NCBI GenBank assembly: GCA_047495785.1
Contig: JBLDXI010000046.1
Span: 1,426,001-1,490,000 of the forward strand
Direction: 5' to 3'
Length of the DNA: 64,000 bases
DNA from: Lepidodermella squamata
Taxonomy: Eukaryota; Animalia; Gastrotricha
Shown here: positions 12,460-24,502 of the stretch, in pieces
Numbering within the stretch: position 1 is the stretch's first letter
Layout: every line of letters begins with the position of its first letter
Notes under the pieces: generated by a model
Told to the model about the DNA's origin: nothing
Database searches by the model: none
Seen by the model: only the letters and a program-made list of their open reading frames with translations
Made by a program: the position numbers and the translations under genes

Positions 12460-13359
12460 GAATGGAATCGAGTGGCGAAGGAGTGTTGATTGAATCATCG
12501 GGTGAAAAGCGGAAAATTCTTCACAGAAAAGAGACTTGAGTTACCTTGCATAAATTCATAACGCGTTTATCTCTCTCTCTCTCTTTGTCCTACTTTGATA
12601 ATGGGAAGAAATCTTTAAAAATGCTACTTGTTTATACCACGACTACAACTCGAATCGGACTTGAAACTACCCGGAGGTGATGGCTTGATATTTGACTGAC
12701 CGAAAAATGGCACAACCAAACTGACAACTTGAATATATCATAGGTAAATGTATCGACAAAAAATTCTGCGTTTTTTCCGCGTGTCTCTTCACAAGTTTTA
12801 ATATTATACCAAGCTCATCATTGTGTGTGCGTGATATATTTCAAGCTTGATCAACCTTAGTAAGTTTTTCTTGCAGAAAAATTGAAATATTACCCTGAAT
12901 TTCCCTATACTCTCTGTGTGCGTGTGTTGTGTTCAACAAAAAATCAGAGAAAAAATGATTAATAATATTATCTAAATTCAATGTTCCGCCAACTGTCGCT
13001 CGCTATTTGTTTCTCTGGATGATCGAAAAATTATTTGTAATTTCACTTGAATAGAAAGCTTATGTGGGCCCTTTTTTACGTTGAATGTGTTCTAAATATC
13101 GTCGCTGAATCGCGGCGATCTTTCCTTGTTTTTTCTTTTCTCCGCTTTTGTGTTATATCAATGAACAGAATTGAAAAAAAATCTTCACAAAAAAGACGCA
13201 CGCTTTTTGTCGCTCTAGATGGAAAAAGTCTAGCTTCTATGATAATGTTATTATTGGTATATAATATTATTGAATGTATTAATTAATAAACACTGTCTAC
13301 GTGGAAATCAATTGATTTTTTTTTCTAATTTTTAATTATTAGTGTTAATTTTTTAAATT

Positions 13360-14939
13360 ATGAGCAAACTACTGAAGCCGTTCAAAGTCATCCGAGAGCA
13401 TTGGAAAAAATCTCTATTTTTCACGTGTGTTGGAGCTTACGGTATTTGATATAGCGTAGAAAATCAGTAGAAGTAATAATACTAATTTGTTTCCTCAAGG
13501 TGCGAATTGGGCGAATGAGTATTTCAAGGAGGAGGAAATTCGAGCGAGTTATTGCGCGAAAGCGAAAGTGTTCGGCGACAAAACAATAGCATCGTCGTTT
13601 CAAAAGCCGGATACGCTGCTAGTCCTTATCAATAGATCTTCAGCGAATAACAAAGGCAAAACGACATTCGACAAAAACTGCGCACCTATACTCCACCTTG
13701 CAGGTAAAAAATGGAAATGAGTACTAAAATTAGTATAATAATCAAATATAATGAAATTTGCAAAAATATTGAAAAAATTAAATAAAATTGAAGAAATTGA
13801 AAATTAAAATAATTGAATACAATTTTATTGTATAGTGTTTTTTTCGATTTTCGATTAAAATTTTGATTATTTAATTTTGATTATTCCATTTTTTTATTTT
13901 CAGGATATGACATTGATACTCATGACTGGGAGGGTTCTTACGATGCTGAATCGAGCGCTGCCCTGGACAAATATCTGAAAAATTCGACGAAAAACTACAC
14001 CGCCGTGCTGGTAGTTGGCGGAAATCGAACGGTTAACGCGTATCTCAACTACCACATGACGCAGCCTAACAAAGCCGCCCTACCTCCCGTAGCCTTCATC
14101 CCCGTGGGTAAAGACTCCGTTGTCATGACGCGTTTCCTACCCTTCTCGGGATCAACCGCCTACGTGAAACGGCTGTGCGAAACTGCATTCAAAGTGGTGC
14201 AAAACCGGCCGGAAACTGTGGATGTTATTCGCATTGAAACGAAAGACCACAGCGAGAAGAGCCAAGAAACCGCGCTGTACGCCGTCTCAACGTTTTCGTT
14301 CGATAAAGTCGCCGATATCTCGCATAAATCGTTCAAATACTGGTATCTACCCGGCGTTATGAAGCGAATTTTCGTAGGCACCCTGGGCCTATTCAGCGGC
14401 TCATTCAACGAGCGAATTATTGGCGATATTGAGGCGTTGCATATCGAAAGGCCGATTTTGCCGGAAAATACAGCTGATCAGCCTGCTGCGGCTGTTGCTA
14501 AGGGCAGTTGGTGGTGGGGGTCGTCGTCGAAAGCACCAGCCGCCGCGGTTAAGGAGGATCCGATCGCGGCCGAGTTGGTCCGAACGCCCGTGCGATCGGG
14601 CGCGTTTGACGCTGATTTTGTGTCGATTTCGGCGAATCATCCTAATAAATTGGGCAGTTTCCTTGTTGAAGTTTCACTGAAGAACCAGGGCGCGTTCAGT
14701 TCGTTCGCCCAGGCTGTGTTGAAAGAACACCCGCAGGTCGAACAGACCTTCCGCGCCACTGATGTTCTTCTCACTCTGAAATTGGTAATTCTAGATTTTT
14801 TTGGAATTTTTTTGATTAATTTTGAAATTTTCAGATTCCTCGCCATTCTTCGTTTTATGTCGATGGCGTTCCTCATTCCGATTTCGATCGGGTCCTGCGA
14901 GTTTCAATACTGCCCAAGTCGTTTAAAATGTTTTATTAG
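13360..14939 (+). CDS. AGK: Acylglycerol kinase homolog (exons 13360-13441, 13500-13703, 13904-14784, 14835-14939)
   Basis: N-terminus FKVIREHWKKSLF and CAKAKVFGD...FDKNCAPILHLAG and KYWYL match AGK. Three phase-consistent GT-AG introns. Confidence 0.88.
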
Positions 14940-15871
14940 CCGATTTGCGGGTTTGCGATGCAACGAAATTTGTGATGGAAATCAATGAGAAACCAAATGT
15001 GATGATGAAAAAATTCCTCTCACTCTCGAAATAATGTGCGAAATGTTGCCTTTTTTCTACCACTGAGTGCATATATACAATCTGAGTTGTGCAAAAATAT
15101 ATGAAAAATGTCTCGTGCTATTATTTGAAAAATAGTCATTTACAAGCGAGTTGAAGATTGAAAAAATATTTCGGAAAATAAATGTTCTAAAAATGCTTTT
15201 TCTATGCAATATTTTTGTTTCTCGCTTTGCTTTGGTACGACAATAAAAAAATGTAGGCCAATTTTCAATCGCTTGCTGACTGAGGCACAGTAGCTGCAAT
15301 ATTAACAGTTTTTAGCCATTTCAGCACAAAGGGCAGCGGGTAGAACTGTGGAAAATTTAGCTTTTAGAGTGTTCAGCAAATGTTACAATAAAAAAGGTGA
15401 TAGTCTGAAATATATGATTTTTTTCGATAAAGGAATCATAGAATAACACATAGGTACCAGTATGTCGCCAATAATCAAAAGAAAAACGACATTCGGTGAA
15501 GGTTACAATTTCACCTATAAGTTCCAGTTTGATTACCAAAAAATATTTCCATAAATTTACCCGTCGTAGCCGTCGTAGCTACCTTTGCATTTTGATAGGT
15601 TAGAGTTTAGAGTCAGTCCCATTAGTCAGTCTAAAGATCAATGGTTCGAACGCTATCAAAAAGGGGACGATAATCATCAGGTTTGCTCGGAAAATGAGCT
15701 TTCAAGTTTATACCCGTCAAAAATGCAAATTTCGATAAAAGTGCGCTTTTTTTATTGCGTCAGTTTTAATATTCCGTCACGGATAAATTTGTCCGTTGAG
15801 TGTTCTCGCGAAAACCATGCTGCGCTGGCGTTAGGAACTTTGAGAGATGAACCTGAGCAGCTAAGCAGCGC

Positions 15872-16315
15872 TCAAACGAGCGAGCAACTGCGGATTTTGC
15901 CGAAATAGGTCGCTAGTGCCAACATCCAGTCTATAGCCAGACACGTGGAGCGGGCTAACAGTTGAAGCCTTATTCCAATCATCAACAAAGGTGCCTTCAG
16001 TAAAAATAATTCAACAAGATGAGTAAAAATACTTGCAGCTTCATTATCTGAGAAAACACCTGGTTTAGCAGCTATCGCTATGCCAACCATGATGGCCGCC
16101 TCAATGGTAGCCGTGAGTGCCATACCCGATGATGTGGCAGCATCTTGAATATTTTCATCCACAAAGTCCGACAATGTCTCTTCTTCTGAAACTGCTGGTC
16201 GGCACATGAAAAATGCTTAAATCATGTGGCCATAGAGAATAGAGTTACTCAGTTGCAGTAGAAGAGAGCAGTTCAAGTAGAATCGGTGCGTAAAGGACGT
16301 TTTTGAATTGACCAT
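15872..16315 (-). CDS. Possible small secreted/membrane orphan protein
   Basis: The 111-aa hydrophobic ORF could be extended to an ATG at 16315, giving a signal-peptide-like start, via an unusually short 33-nt GT-AG intron. No recognisable homology. Confidence 0.25.
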
Positions 16316-16666
16316 CAAGTTTGCTCTTCTGTCGTTTTGTCCAAGTCGTGCCCATTTTTTATGCGAAATTTTCGTTTGTGCAAATAATGTGGAACCAATT
16401 GTTAGATCGCTTCAACTGCAGTCCTCTGGCATCACTTTTTGGGACGGAGAATAGAAGCAAATTTAGATCACGTGGCTATCTGTTATCGTTCAGTGCACAA
16501 ATTAAGAAGCAAGTGATAATTCGGCTATTTTTCCTCGAAAACAGGTTTTGCGGTCAACAAAAATCAGGCATTATGACAGAGCGTTGCTGAATGAAATCGT
16601 TTTTGACGTTGTGCTAATAAAAAGGCTTACTTGAGTAGGTCGTTATAACATTTTCGGTGCAAGACA

Positions 16667-19377
16667 ATGAAAGTCGAATTCTTATCGCTCATAATTTTTC
16701 TTCAAGTCAACTTGGCAGCTTCAGCCAAGTATGAGCTCCCAATTCTTGCGATGATATCGGTCACGGGCAACGAACCATTCGACGGAACGGCCTGTAAAAC
16801 TGGAATGCAAATCGCGTTCGACGCTGTTAATAGCCGACGAAACATCTTGGAAGATTACGACGTTAAGGCGATATACAAAGACGACGGAGCTGGCAATAAG
16901 GCTGCTCTTGCTCTCGTTCAATTCATCCGCCATTTTAGCCAAATAGATAACTCAAGCGTGATCATGTCTCCCCTGGTTGTAGGGGCGATGTTTTCTAGCG
17001 GCTGTAAAGCCATCGCTCCAATGCTTCACCATGAGAATCTCGTCGAGGTAAGTCAGGGTTGTGGGGCGCCTTTCCTTACAGACCGTCGGCTCTATCGCAA
17101 TCTGTACATGATGCGGTCGACAGGGCGAGCTCTCACGATTGCTCAGATGCATTTCATCAAAGACGTCGGCAGATGGCAGCGAATCGGAATTTTGATCTAC
17201 GTCGAGAACATTTTCGACTACGTAACGGCTACGTTACTACAGAAGCTCGCGAATGAAAATGCAGTTCAGATAACCATTTTCGACTATTTCCTCGACGTTA
17301 CCGAGGAAATGTTTACAGAAATCAAGCGAAACGACGTTCGAGTCATTGTCTACTTCTGTTCGATGGCTCGACTAATCTGGAAGTTTTTCTGCGAGTCTTA
17401 TAAGAGGGGCATTACTGGCCCACGTTACATCTTCATTATTATTGTCATTCAATTCACCGATCCGAGGAATATACCCGATGAAACGTTGTTTGGATGCTCG
17501 CGTGACATCATCATTGAACAGTTGAGATACACATATCTGACTGGTCCGGTAATGTTCAACGATATTCCGACGTTGAAGAACCAATTCGACTACGACAGTT
17601 TTGAATTTGAACAGCGCTTCAATGCCTTGACGAAAAACAAACAGCCACTTGATTATGAATTTCGAGTTTTTTGCCACGTAAGTCATCTACAAAACTCTCA
17701 GCTCAATTAGGTTCATGAACTGCTATTATAGGATACAGTAATGCAGAGTTTGATCGTGTTAGACAATGCGGACCGAGAGTTGAAGAAGCAAAACCTTTCC
17801 CTGGCAAGTTATAAGAATAATCCGCGGCTTGTCATGGAAGTTGTTAACAAATCAGCAATCAGTGTCGATTATATCAGTTTAAGAATGGGGCGAATGAGGT
17901 ATAACTCACGCGGGGAGGTTGAAGCTGATCTTCAAATGATTGGTCGATGGTCGCCTGAAACCTCACTGAATTACGTCAACCTAGTCCGCCAATATGAAAA
18001 CACTTCAGGGTATGACTACGAAGATTACTGGGTTCAGAACGTGTCTGAAGCAAGATGGGCAACTGCAAACAACAAACCCCCGCGGGATAAAGTTATCGAA
18101 AAGCGAATGGCGCGTGAGGTGCCGATTCCTTTCTACTACTCAGCAATTGGCGTTGCGGCTTTTCTGATCCTTATCCAGATTTTCGTGATTCTTACAACAG
18201 TTTTCGCCTGGCTCAAGATTGGCAACGATCTAGCAATGCATGTCTTGCCACTTACTAAATGTATCGGGTATTTAGGATGCATAATTTTGAACATCTCAGC
18301 AATCTTATTCACCATGGAAACTCAGCAACATCCCCGTGTCATTTGGGAAGTTCGAGTTGTAGCGGTTTTAGTTGGCTGTGCGATGGTTATAGGGTCGTCT
18401 TTTTCAAGGGTTGTCGTCATCTACCAAGCTGTTCTCGGCTTCAACAAGCAGGTTCAATCGCATCAACGCAAGCATTTTCGAAACTCGGATCCGTCGAAAT
18501 TCGTCATTGACTACGGACCGTTCTTCACCTCAGACATGGTTAGAAAACTGGAGAAACGCAGTGTGCTCACGGCTGCCTCTATATTTTTCCTATCTAACAC
18601 CTTTATCATGAACTGGTTCTTATGGGACCCGATATTCTGCAAATTTGAAGTTATTGACGAAGATCCTATTTACAACTATGAAGAGGACACTTCTACAATA
18701 ATGCATTCTGTGAAATGTTCCTCGTCGGGCCTAGTTACTTGGTCATCGTTTTCAGGCGCATCTGCACTTATCCTGTTAATAGTGAGCTGTTACATGTCAA
18801 GAAAGCTTTATTACCTAACGTATTCAATGCGAAAATATCACGAACTAGGGACGATTTACATCGTTAGCCTGATGATAATTTCGACTTTCGTCGCCGAACT
18901 ACTCCTGCATTTTTTGATTGAAGACGAGACGAGGCAGCGAATTGTTATTGCATTTGGCTGTGTTCTCGTTTCTGTGATGATGACAGTCGTCAATTTTTTC
19001 AGCGGCTGCATCGATCATCGGCAGAAAACTTTCGCCCCAAATAACGACGCAACAGCGACTGTAACAACGACAGTTGTCAGGTAAACTTATTTCACTGAAA
19101 TTTCCGGCGGGGAATATGATTTTTGCATTTATCTAGAAGACGAGGCTCCTCCACTCTCACTGCGTCAGCCATTTTCCAGCAGCCGCCGAGTGTTGGTAAT
19201 AACAACTCGAATACTAGTGCTGGGCTGATGCTGCACGTCATTCGATTGGTGGTAAGCTCAACGGGAAATTCAACGGCGAACAATTCAGTTCATCCTATCG
19301 CGGGAGGCCAGCAGCACCTGGAATCTGAAACTCATATCATCACAGCTGATGTATCAGTTATTCAACCTAGTTCGTGA
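16667..19377 (+). CDS. Class C GPCR, GABA-B-receptor-like (Venus flytrap + 7TM), exons 16667-17677, 17732-19080, 19137-19377
   Basis: Signal peptide; ANF-receptor-type motifs (QIAFDAVNSRRNILEDY, GAMFSSGCKAIA, LTDRRLYRNLY, WQRIG); W...KPPRD stalk with no Cys-rich domain; seven hydrophobic segments with W..DP and ECL2 CSS. Confidence 0.85.
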
Positions 19378-20173
19378 TGTGCACAACTCAATCTATACTC
19401 AATGGCGACTCACGACTATAAAATAGTAATTCTCCTACTGCTACAATAAATGAGTAAAATTGGTAAATCTTTCACTGTTTCACAGATCAAAAGAACGAAG
19501 AACTGATTTGCATGTTTTCGTTATGTTCTCCAACCCCGAGGTTCGCCACTTATAACCAGAGTGATATTACCGAGTGTAAAAAATAATCCTATTGCTATTA
19601 AGGAATTGCTGCGTCTTTTTTGACATAAATGCTTATAGTTGTGAAACGTCGCGTCAATAAAGGTTTAATTTGCTCCTGTGATTTAGAACGAAAATGACAA
19701 CTCTTACATGTTGGGTAAAAAATGTCGCTGCTTAGTGATCTGTTACTTGTCACGCCTGCAATTTTTCACAGAATCAAATCTAGGAAACACGATTCGTTGA
19801 AATAAATGGATCACATGCGTCGCTTTCCATGATTGCACTGGCTGACCTAGTTTTTCAGCGTTTCAACGTTTTCATTATATTGAAATGAGAAAAGTTCTTC
19901 TTGCGATTCACGATCCAGAGTTAGGCCGTAGACGGAAGCTAAAAAAAGTTCTGCTTTCCCACCCAAGTTGAGCCGATCGAAGGTACTTCTTTGTGACCAT
20001 CAACTTTATAGTAGCATCATCAGCATTTCGCATTTCGTTCTCTATGGCTGGAATACAGAAAATGCGCCAACCCCACATTTCACTTGTTAACGATCACTTT
20101 TTTCTCATGAAAATGTTTAATTTCAATTTTTCGGAGCAATTATCAAGCAGCGACTATAGAAAAATTATAAGTG

Positions 20174-21211
20174 TTAACAATGACGAGACGACGCAGTCTG
20201 CCTGCGTTTCCGCCTGACGACAGCATAGCCAATAGCCACGCCAGCTAAAACAAGTAGGCCAACACCGATAACAGTCGGAACCAGGACAACCGAAACGGCA
20301 TCAGCCCGCACTCGCATGTCTTTCACGTCAGTCTCTTCATACTGCATACTCATATTTTGACTAAATCGACTGCTCCACATAAGAAATGTAATATTAGATG
20401 GCGCAAAAATGGTCCGAGCCGCCGTAATTCTAGGTAGAGTCGTCGGATTTTTCGTCGAAATTGTCCTAATCGATCTCGTTATAGCAGTTGATAAGGTACT
20501 AGTTGAAGTCGTCAATGCTGCCATTGCTGGAAAAAATCGAAATTAATTCGAATTCCCATGATTTTTTGAATTCACTCACGAAATTGGCAGGCGAATGGAT
20601 ATCGCCACGGGGCGTTGTTGCACGGGAAAGACGACACCTTCCAATCACTATCGCGCCTCATCAGCAAGCAATTAGTGTCAAATCGCCAGTACGGAGCTTC
20701 AGGCGGTTCGGTATCCGCGAATATTTGCCCGATGTAGTAGCTCGGAATGGCCTGGCCGTTGTTCCAGCAAAACCCACTCGCCGACCGGCTGCACCTAGCC
20801 GCGCCCAGCCAAGCGCCAACTGTCGCAGAATTCGTCACATTCGACAGCCATTTTCGCATGGAAGCCAAAGCTTTTAAACTGGTTATGTTAAATACCGGCA
20901 GGCGACCTTCTCCAGTATTTCCGTTCGGCCCCTGAAATCGACAGGATAAATTTTAATTTTTATAGGATTTTTCCTAATACCAAAATCGAGCTGCAATACG
21001 CCTCAGCTTCTTCCATAAACCGAGCTCTTGTTATGTAGAGGTAGCAAAGTTGGTTATCTTCGTCGGCGAAGGTTCGATCTTGTTGATTCGAAGCCGTGTC
21101 CCTCAGAAAACCGCATCGCGTGTAGTTCGTCGGGTCGAAATCGTAGTAACTCCCAGCGGCTTGGACTAGCCTCAAGATGGCCATCGCTAGACCGAATAAG
21201 CACAGCCGCAT
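20174..21211 (-). CDS. Type I membrane C-type lectin-domain protein, copy A (3 exons)
   Basis: Signal peptide; LCYLY...EAEAYC, AWLGA, FCWNNG, CLLM, FPC...FACQ; Thr-rich stalk; TM segment followed by RRKRR. Confidence 0.82.
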
Positions 21212-21406
21212 GATTGTTTTAGGCGCGCTCTTATAATGTGATACAAAAGCGCCATCGTTTTTGTTTTTAAGGTGGCGCTATATTTTTCGATCGATCCATA
21301 TGTATGGTGTAATCAATCGCATGCGTAAACATTGCCGTGTGTTTTCTTAGCGGAAAGAGTTGCGCCTATCAATAATTTAGCGGCTAGTTATATGGTGATG
21401 AATTTT

Positions 21407-22626
21407 TTAGGTCAGCTCGGATACTGAGCACATGTTATCTGGCATGCCAACGGGTCTAACTGGGGTGATTCGATACTGCCGCCTGCGTCGTAGGAAAATC
21501 GAGAGAAGCCAAACGGCTAGAATCATCACCACAAATCCAACGATAATTGTCGGGATGGATATCATGGCTATTCGACTGGATTCTGAAAAAAAGAATTTTA
21601 TTAAAACTCGAATTCAAAATTAAATTTTAAAATAATTTATCAAATTTAAAATTTAAATTTAAATTTTTCAATTCTTTAATTTTCAATTTCAATTTCAATT
21701 TTGTATATTTTTTTTTATTTTTCACTTTTAATATTTTGTTACCCTGCGCAGGCGAGACAGTTGTAGTTAGGGACTGGTTCGCTGCACCGGCTGGTTTTTT
21801 TTCGTAAAAATTGCTCAAAGGACCCATTCTAGCCACAGCCCCTTGAGATTTAGGATCCCCTCCATACTTAATCGAAGCCTGAGTCGAAAGAGTCGCATCA
21901 CTTTGACCAGCTGGAAGCATTGCTGTTAAATCAAAATTTAAATTTTTTCATCGAAAAATTCAGAAAAATAATTACGAAATTGGCATATGAAGTTGTAGAG
22001 GTAAGGATAGACCCGGCAAGGGTACGACAGGGCGATCCAGCGTTGATCTCGCCGCATCAGCAAGCAATTGTTGACAACAAAGGCTGGGAAAGATTCTTGC
22101 GGCTGAGCACTGCTGTAGATTTGGTTGAGAAAACTCGACGAAATGGCTCGCCCGCCGTTGTTCCAGCAAAATCCACTGCCGGACTGAAGGCAACGAGTCG
22201 CGCCGAGCCAAATTCCAACAAAATTAGGATTTTCGATTCTATCAAGCCAACCTCGAACGTTTAGTAAGGATTGATTGCTATTTGAAATGAAGGATGGGAG
22301 CTTCCCTTCCCCTGTGGCTCCCATTGGCCCCTAATTTATTGCAAATTTAAAAAAATTACGAATAAAATATTTAAGCTCACATTTAAGCTGGAGCAGAAAC
22401 TATCAGCATCATCCATGTATCTAGGCCTTGATATGAAAATGTAGCAAAATCCAGTGTCTTCATCAGCCATCGTATTTGGTTGGCCGGTTCCAATGAACGG
22501 GTCGGTTAAATAGCCGCATCTCAAGTACTGCGTTGGGTCGAAATTGAACAAAACAGCAGCGTCACTTGCGCAAAACATGCGCAAGACGATGAGCAGCAGA
22601 TAGGCGATAGAACTACAACCTCTCAT
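21407..22626 (-). CDS. Type I membrane C-type lectin-domain protein, copy B (4 exons), tandem paralog of copy A
   Basis: Same Cys pattern and the same first two intron positions as copy A (FDPT.Y.RCG, GFCWN, CLLMRRD, FICQ). The last exon encodes TM IPTIIVGFVVMILAVWLLSIFL-RRRR with the stop at 21407. Confidence 0.82.
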
Positions 22627-22970
22627 TTCCAGCAATGTTTTAAAACAAATGAAACATGCCATCGTTTAATAACGCCCGTGTGCAAAATATGACCGAAATA
22701 GAGATGTATTGTTATTTTTTAATCAGTCGTTAGCGAGTATAGTGTAAATACGAAACAGTGCGCTGCCTGGGTGCGATGTTAAAACAGCGTTACCGCGATC
22801 GATCAACGCTGGAGCTGCTAAACATTTTCTTATATTAATGTATTCACTCGACGCCTTCATCGATTATAGACGCCATTTTTGGAAAAACATTCCTATCACC
22901 ATGATTATACTCGATTTTTCGCCACCAGAGAGCCAAGTCTTTGGAAGAATTCATTTGACGAAATTCTTTT

Positions 22971-23212
22971 GGGTCCAAATATTTGCACCACTAAAAATGA
23001 GGTTCCAGCACTACATTTTCAGATTCTTTGCTATTTCGTTCTTCGTTTTTCCTAGGATTTTTCATTTTAGCTGCATGGTGCCCTAAAAGCTTCGTGGAAA
23101 AATTATCGATTTTGGGTTCCAGGACGGCTGATAATATCGGGAAAATCACTGATTTGTAAAATCGATACTTGAAATTGATATCAGCTCTATAGGATGAAGT
23201 ATAATTCGTAAA
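22971..23212 (+). repeat. Dispersed repeat family, copy 2
   Basis: gggtccaaatatttgcaccactaaaaatgaggttccagc and ggaaaatcactgatttgtaaaatcgata are homologous to the reverse complement of 31691-31968. Confidence 0.75.
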
Positions 23213-23720
23213 CTGACAACTCGTAGAGCGAAATATGCGTAATATGAAGGTATATCGGTTAGATATACACTCAAAAAGGTTCCTTGGTAACCTGAGTTGC
23301 GTTTTTTCTGAATTCAAAGTTTTACCAGCGGCTTTGCTTTTTTTCAATGCATGTTTGCGTCATAGCGTCAGATATGACGGGAAAACTCGTAGCAGGTAGG
23401 TGAGACTTGTTCAAATCCACTGGAATCGATCATCCACGCCAGGCGCGTCAAAGCTTGTTTACAACGCTTGAGTCCTATTAGGAGCCCCATCTAGGAACTA
23501 TAGCTATGTTGTTTGCTCGATAAACGAACTACTGCTGTAGCGGGAAACATCAGGCATAAATGTTGATACAAGACCTCCCCATTCCCATTATCTATGACAG
23601 GCTTCATCTATAATTAACAATCTCCGGCTGAACCCTTTCAGGTACGCTCAGTCGTTGCCCGGTCGCATTTTCAAGAAAGTAGTACGAAAGAGAAACTCAC
23701 ACCCCTTTTCCTAATATCAA

Positions 23721-24155
23721 ATGTCTGGTAAGGCTGTATTCATAAGCTATTCCTCGGACCGCAAGGAGACCGATGCGATTGTCTCAATGATAAGCGAGAG
23801 CTTGCAGCGTCTCGACAAGTCTATTTTACTGGACACAAGCGATGTCACACGGCGTCGTGAAGACACGCGTTTCAAAATATCCCGTGCCGATTTGGTTCTC
23901 ATTGTGTTGGACGAAACATTCATGTCACGCGAGCATTGCCGGTTCGAGATTGAAATGGTTACCATTCTTGGCAAGAAGTTCATTACAATCGAAGCGCAGA
24001 GGAACTACGCGCCCTTGCCGGGTAGTTGGCTGACTGGTTTTGTTAGCAACAGCGAATTCGCCTGCTGCTTACCGGCTTTCAATGACAGGGGAGAGTTGGA
24101 AGCAAACAGGGCAGTGATTGCTATAGAAAAGTCAATATCAGGAAGCAAACATTGA
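23721..24155 (+). CDS. Stand-alone, intronless TIR-domain protein (TIR_2 type), 144 aa
   Basis: VFISYS box, ISRADLVLIVLDETFMSREHCRFEI...LGKKFITI. An in-frame TAA lies 9 nt upstream of the ATG, and AATAAA follows the stop. Confidence 0.85.
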   Translation: MSGKAVFISYSSDRKETDAIVSMISESLQRLDKSILLDTSDVTRRREDTRFKISRADLVLIVLDETFMSREHCRFEIEMVTILGKKFITIEAQRNYAPLPGSWLTGFVSNSEFACCLPAFNDRGELEANRAVIAIEKSISGSKH

Positions 24156-24502
24156 CTTCGAACTCAGCGGCTGTTAAATAAAGATGTAGCTAAGGATATG
24201 AGTTAAATAAAAAAATGAAGTGTTTTGATTACTTCATTTTGATTACTTCATTTCAATTAAAAGCCAAATTTCTCAATGAGTTAGGATGCTCAGGGTAGCC
24301 AGCGAAAGTGAAAAACCAAAGAATATGCAGTTGTTTGGTTCGTCAGTTTTCGTGAATACTCCGTTGCTGCCAGAATGATGAATGATGACAACTGACAACA
24401 TCCAATTAAAATGAAGCGGGGCAAGACATGTTTGCGCAAGACAAGCTCCACGAATTCTTCCGTCATCTAGACGAACTTCTGCATTGTTAGCTGCTGTTTG
24501 GG

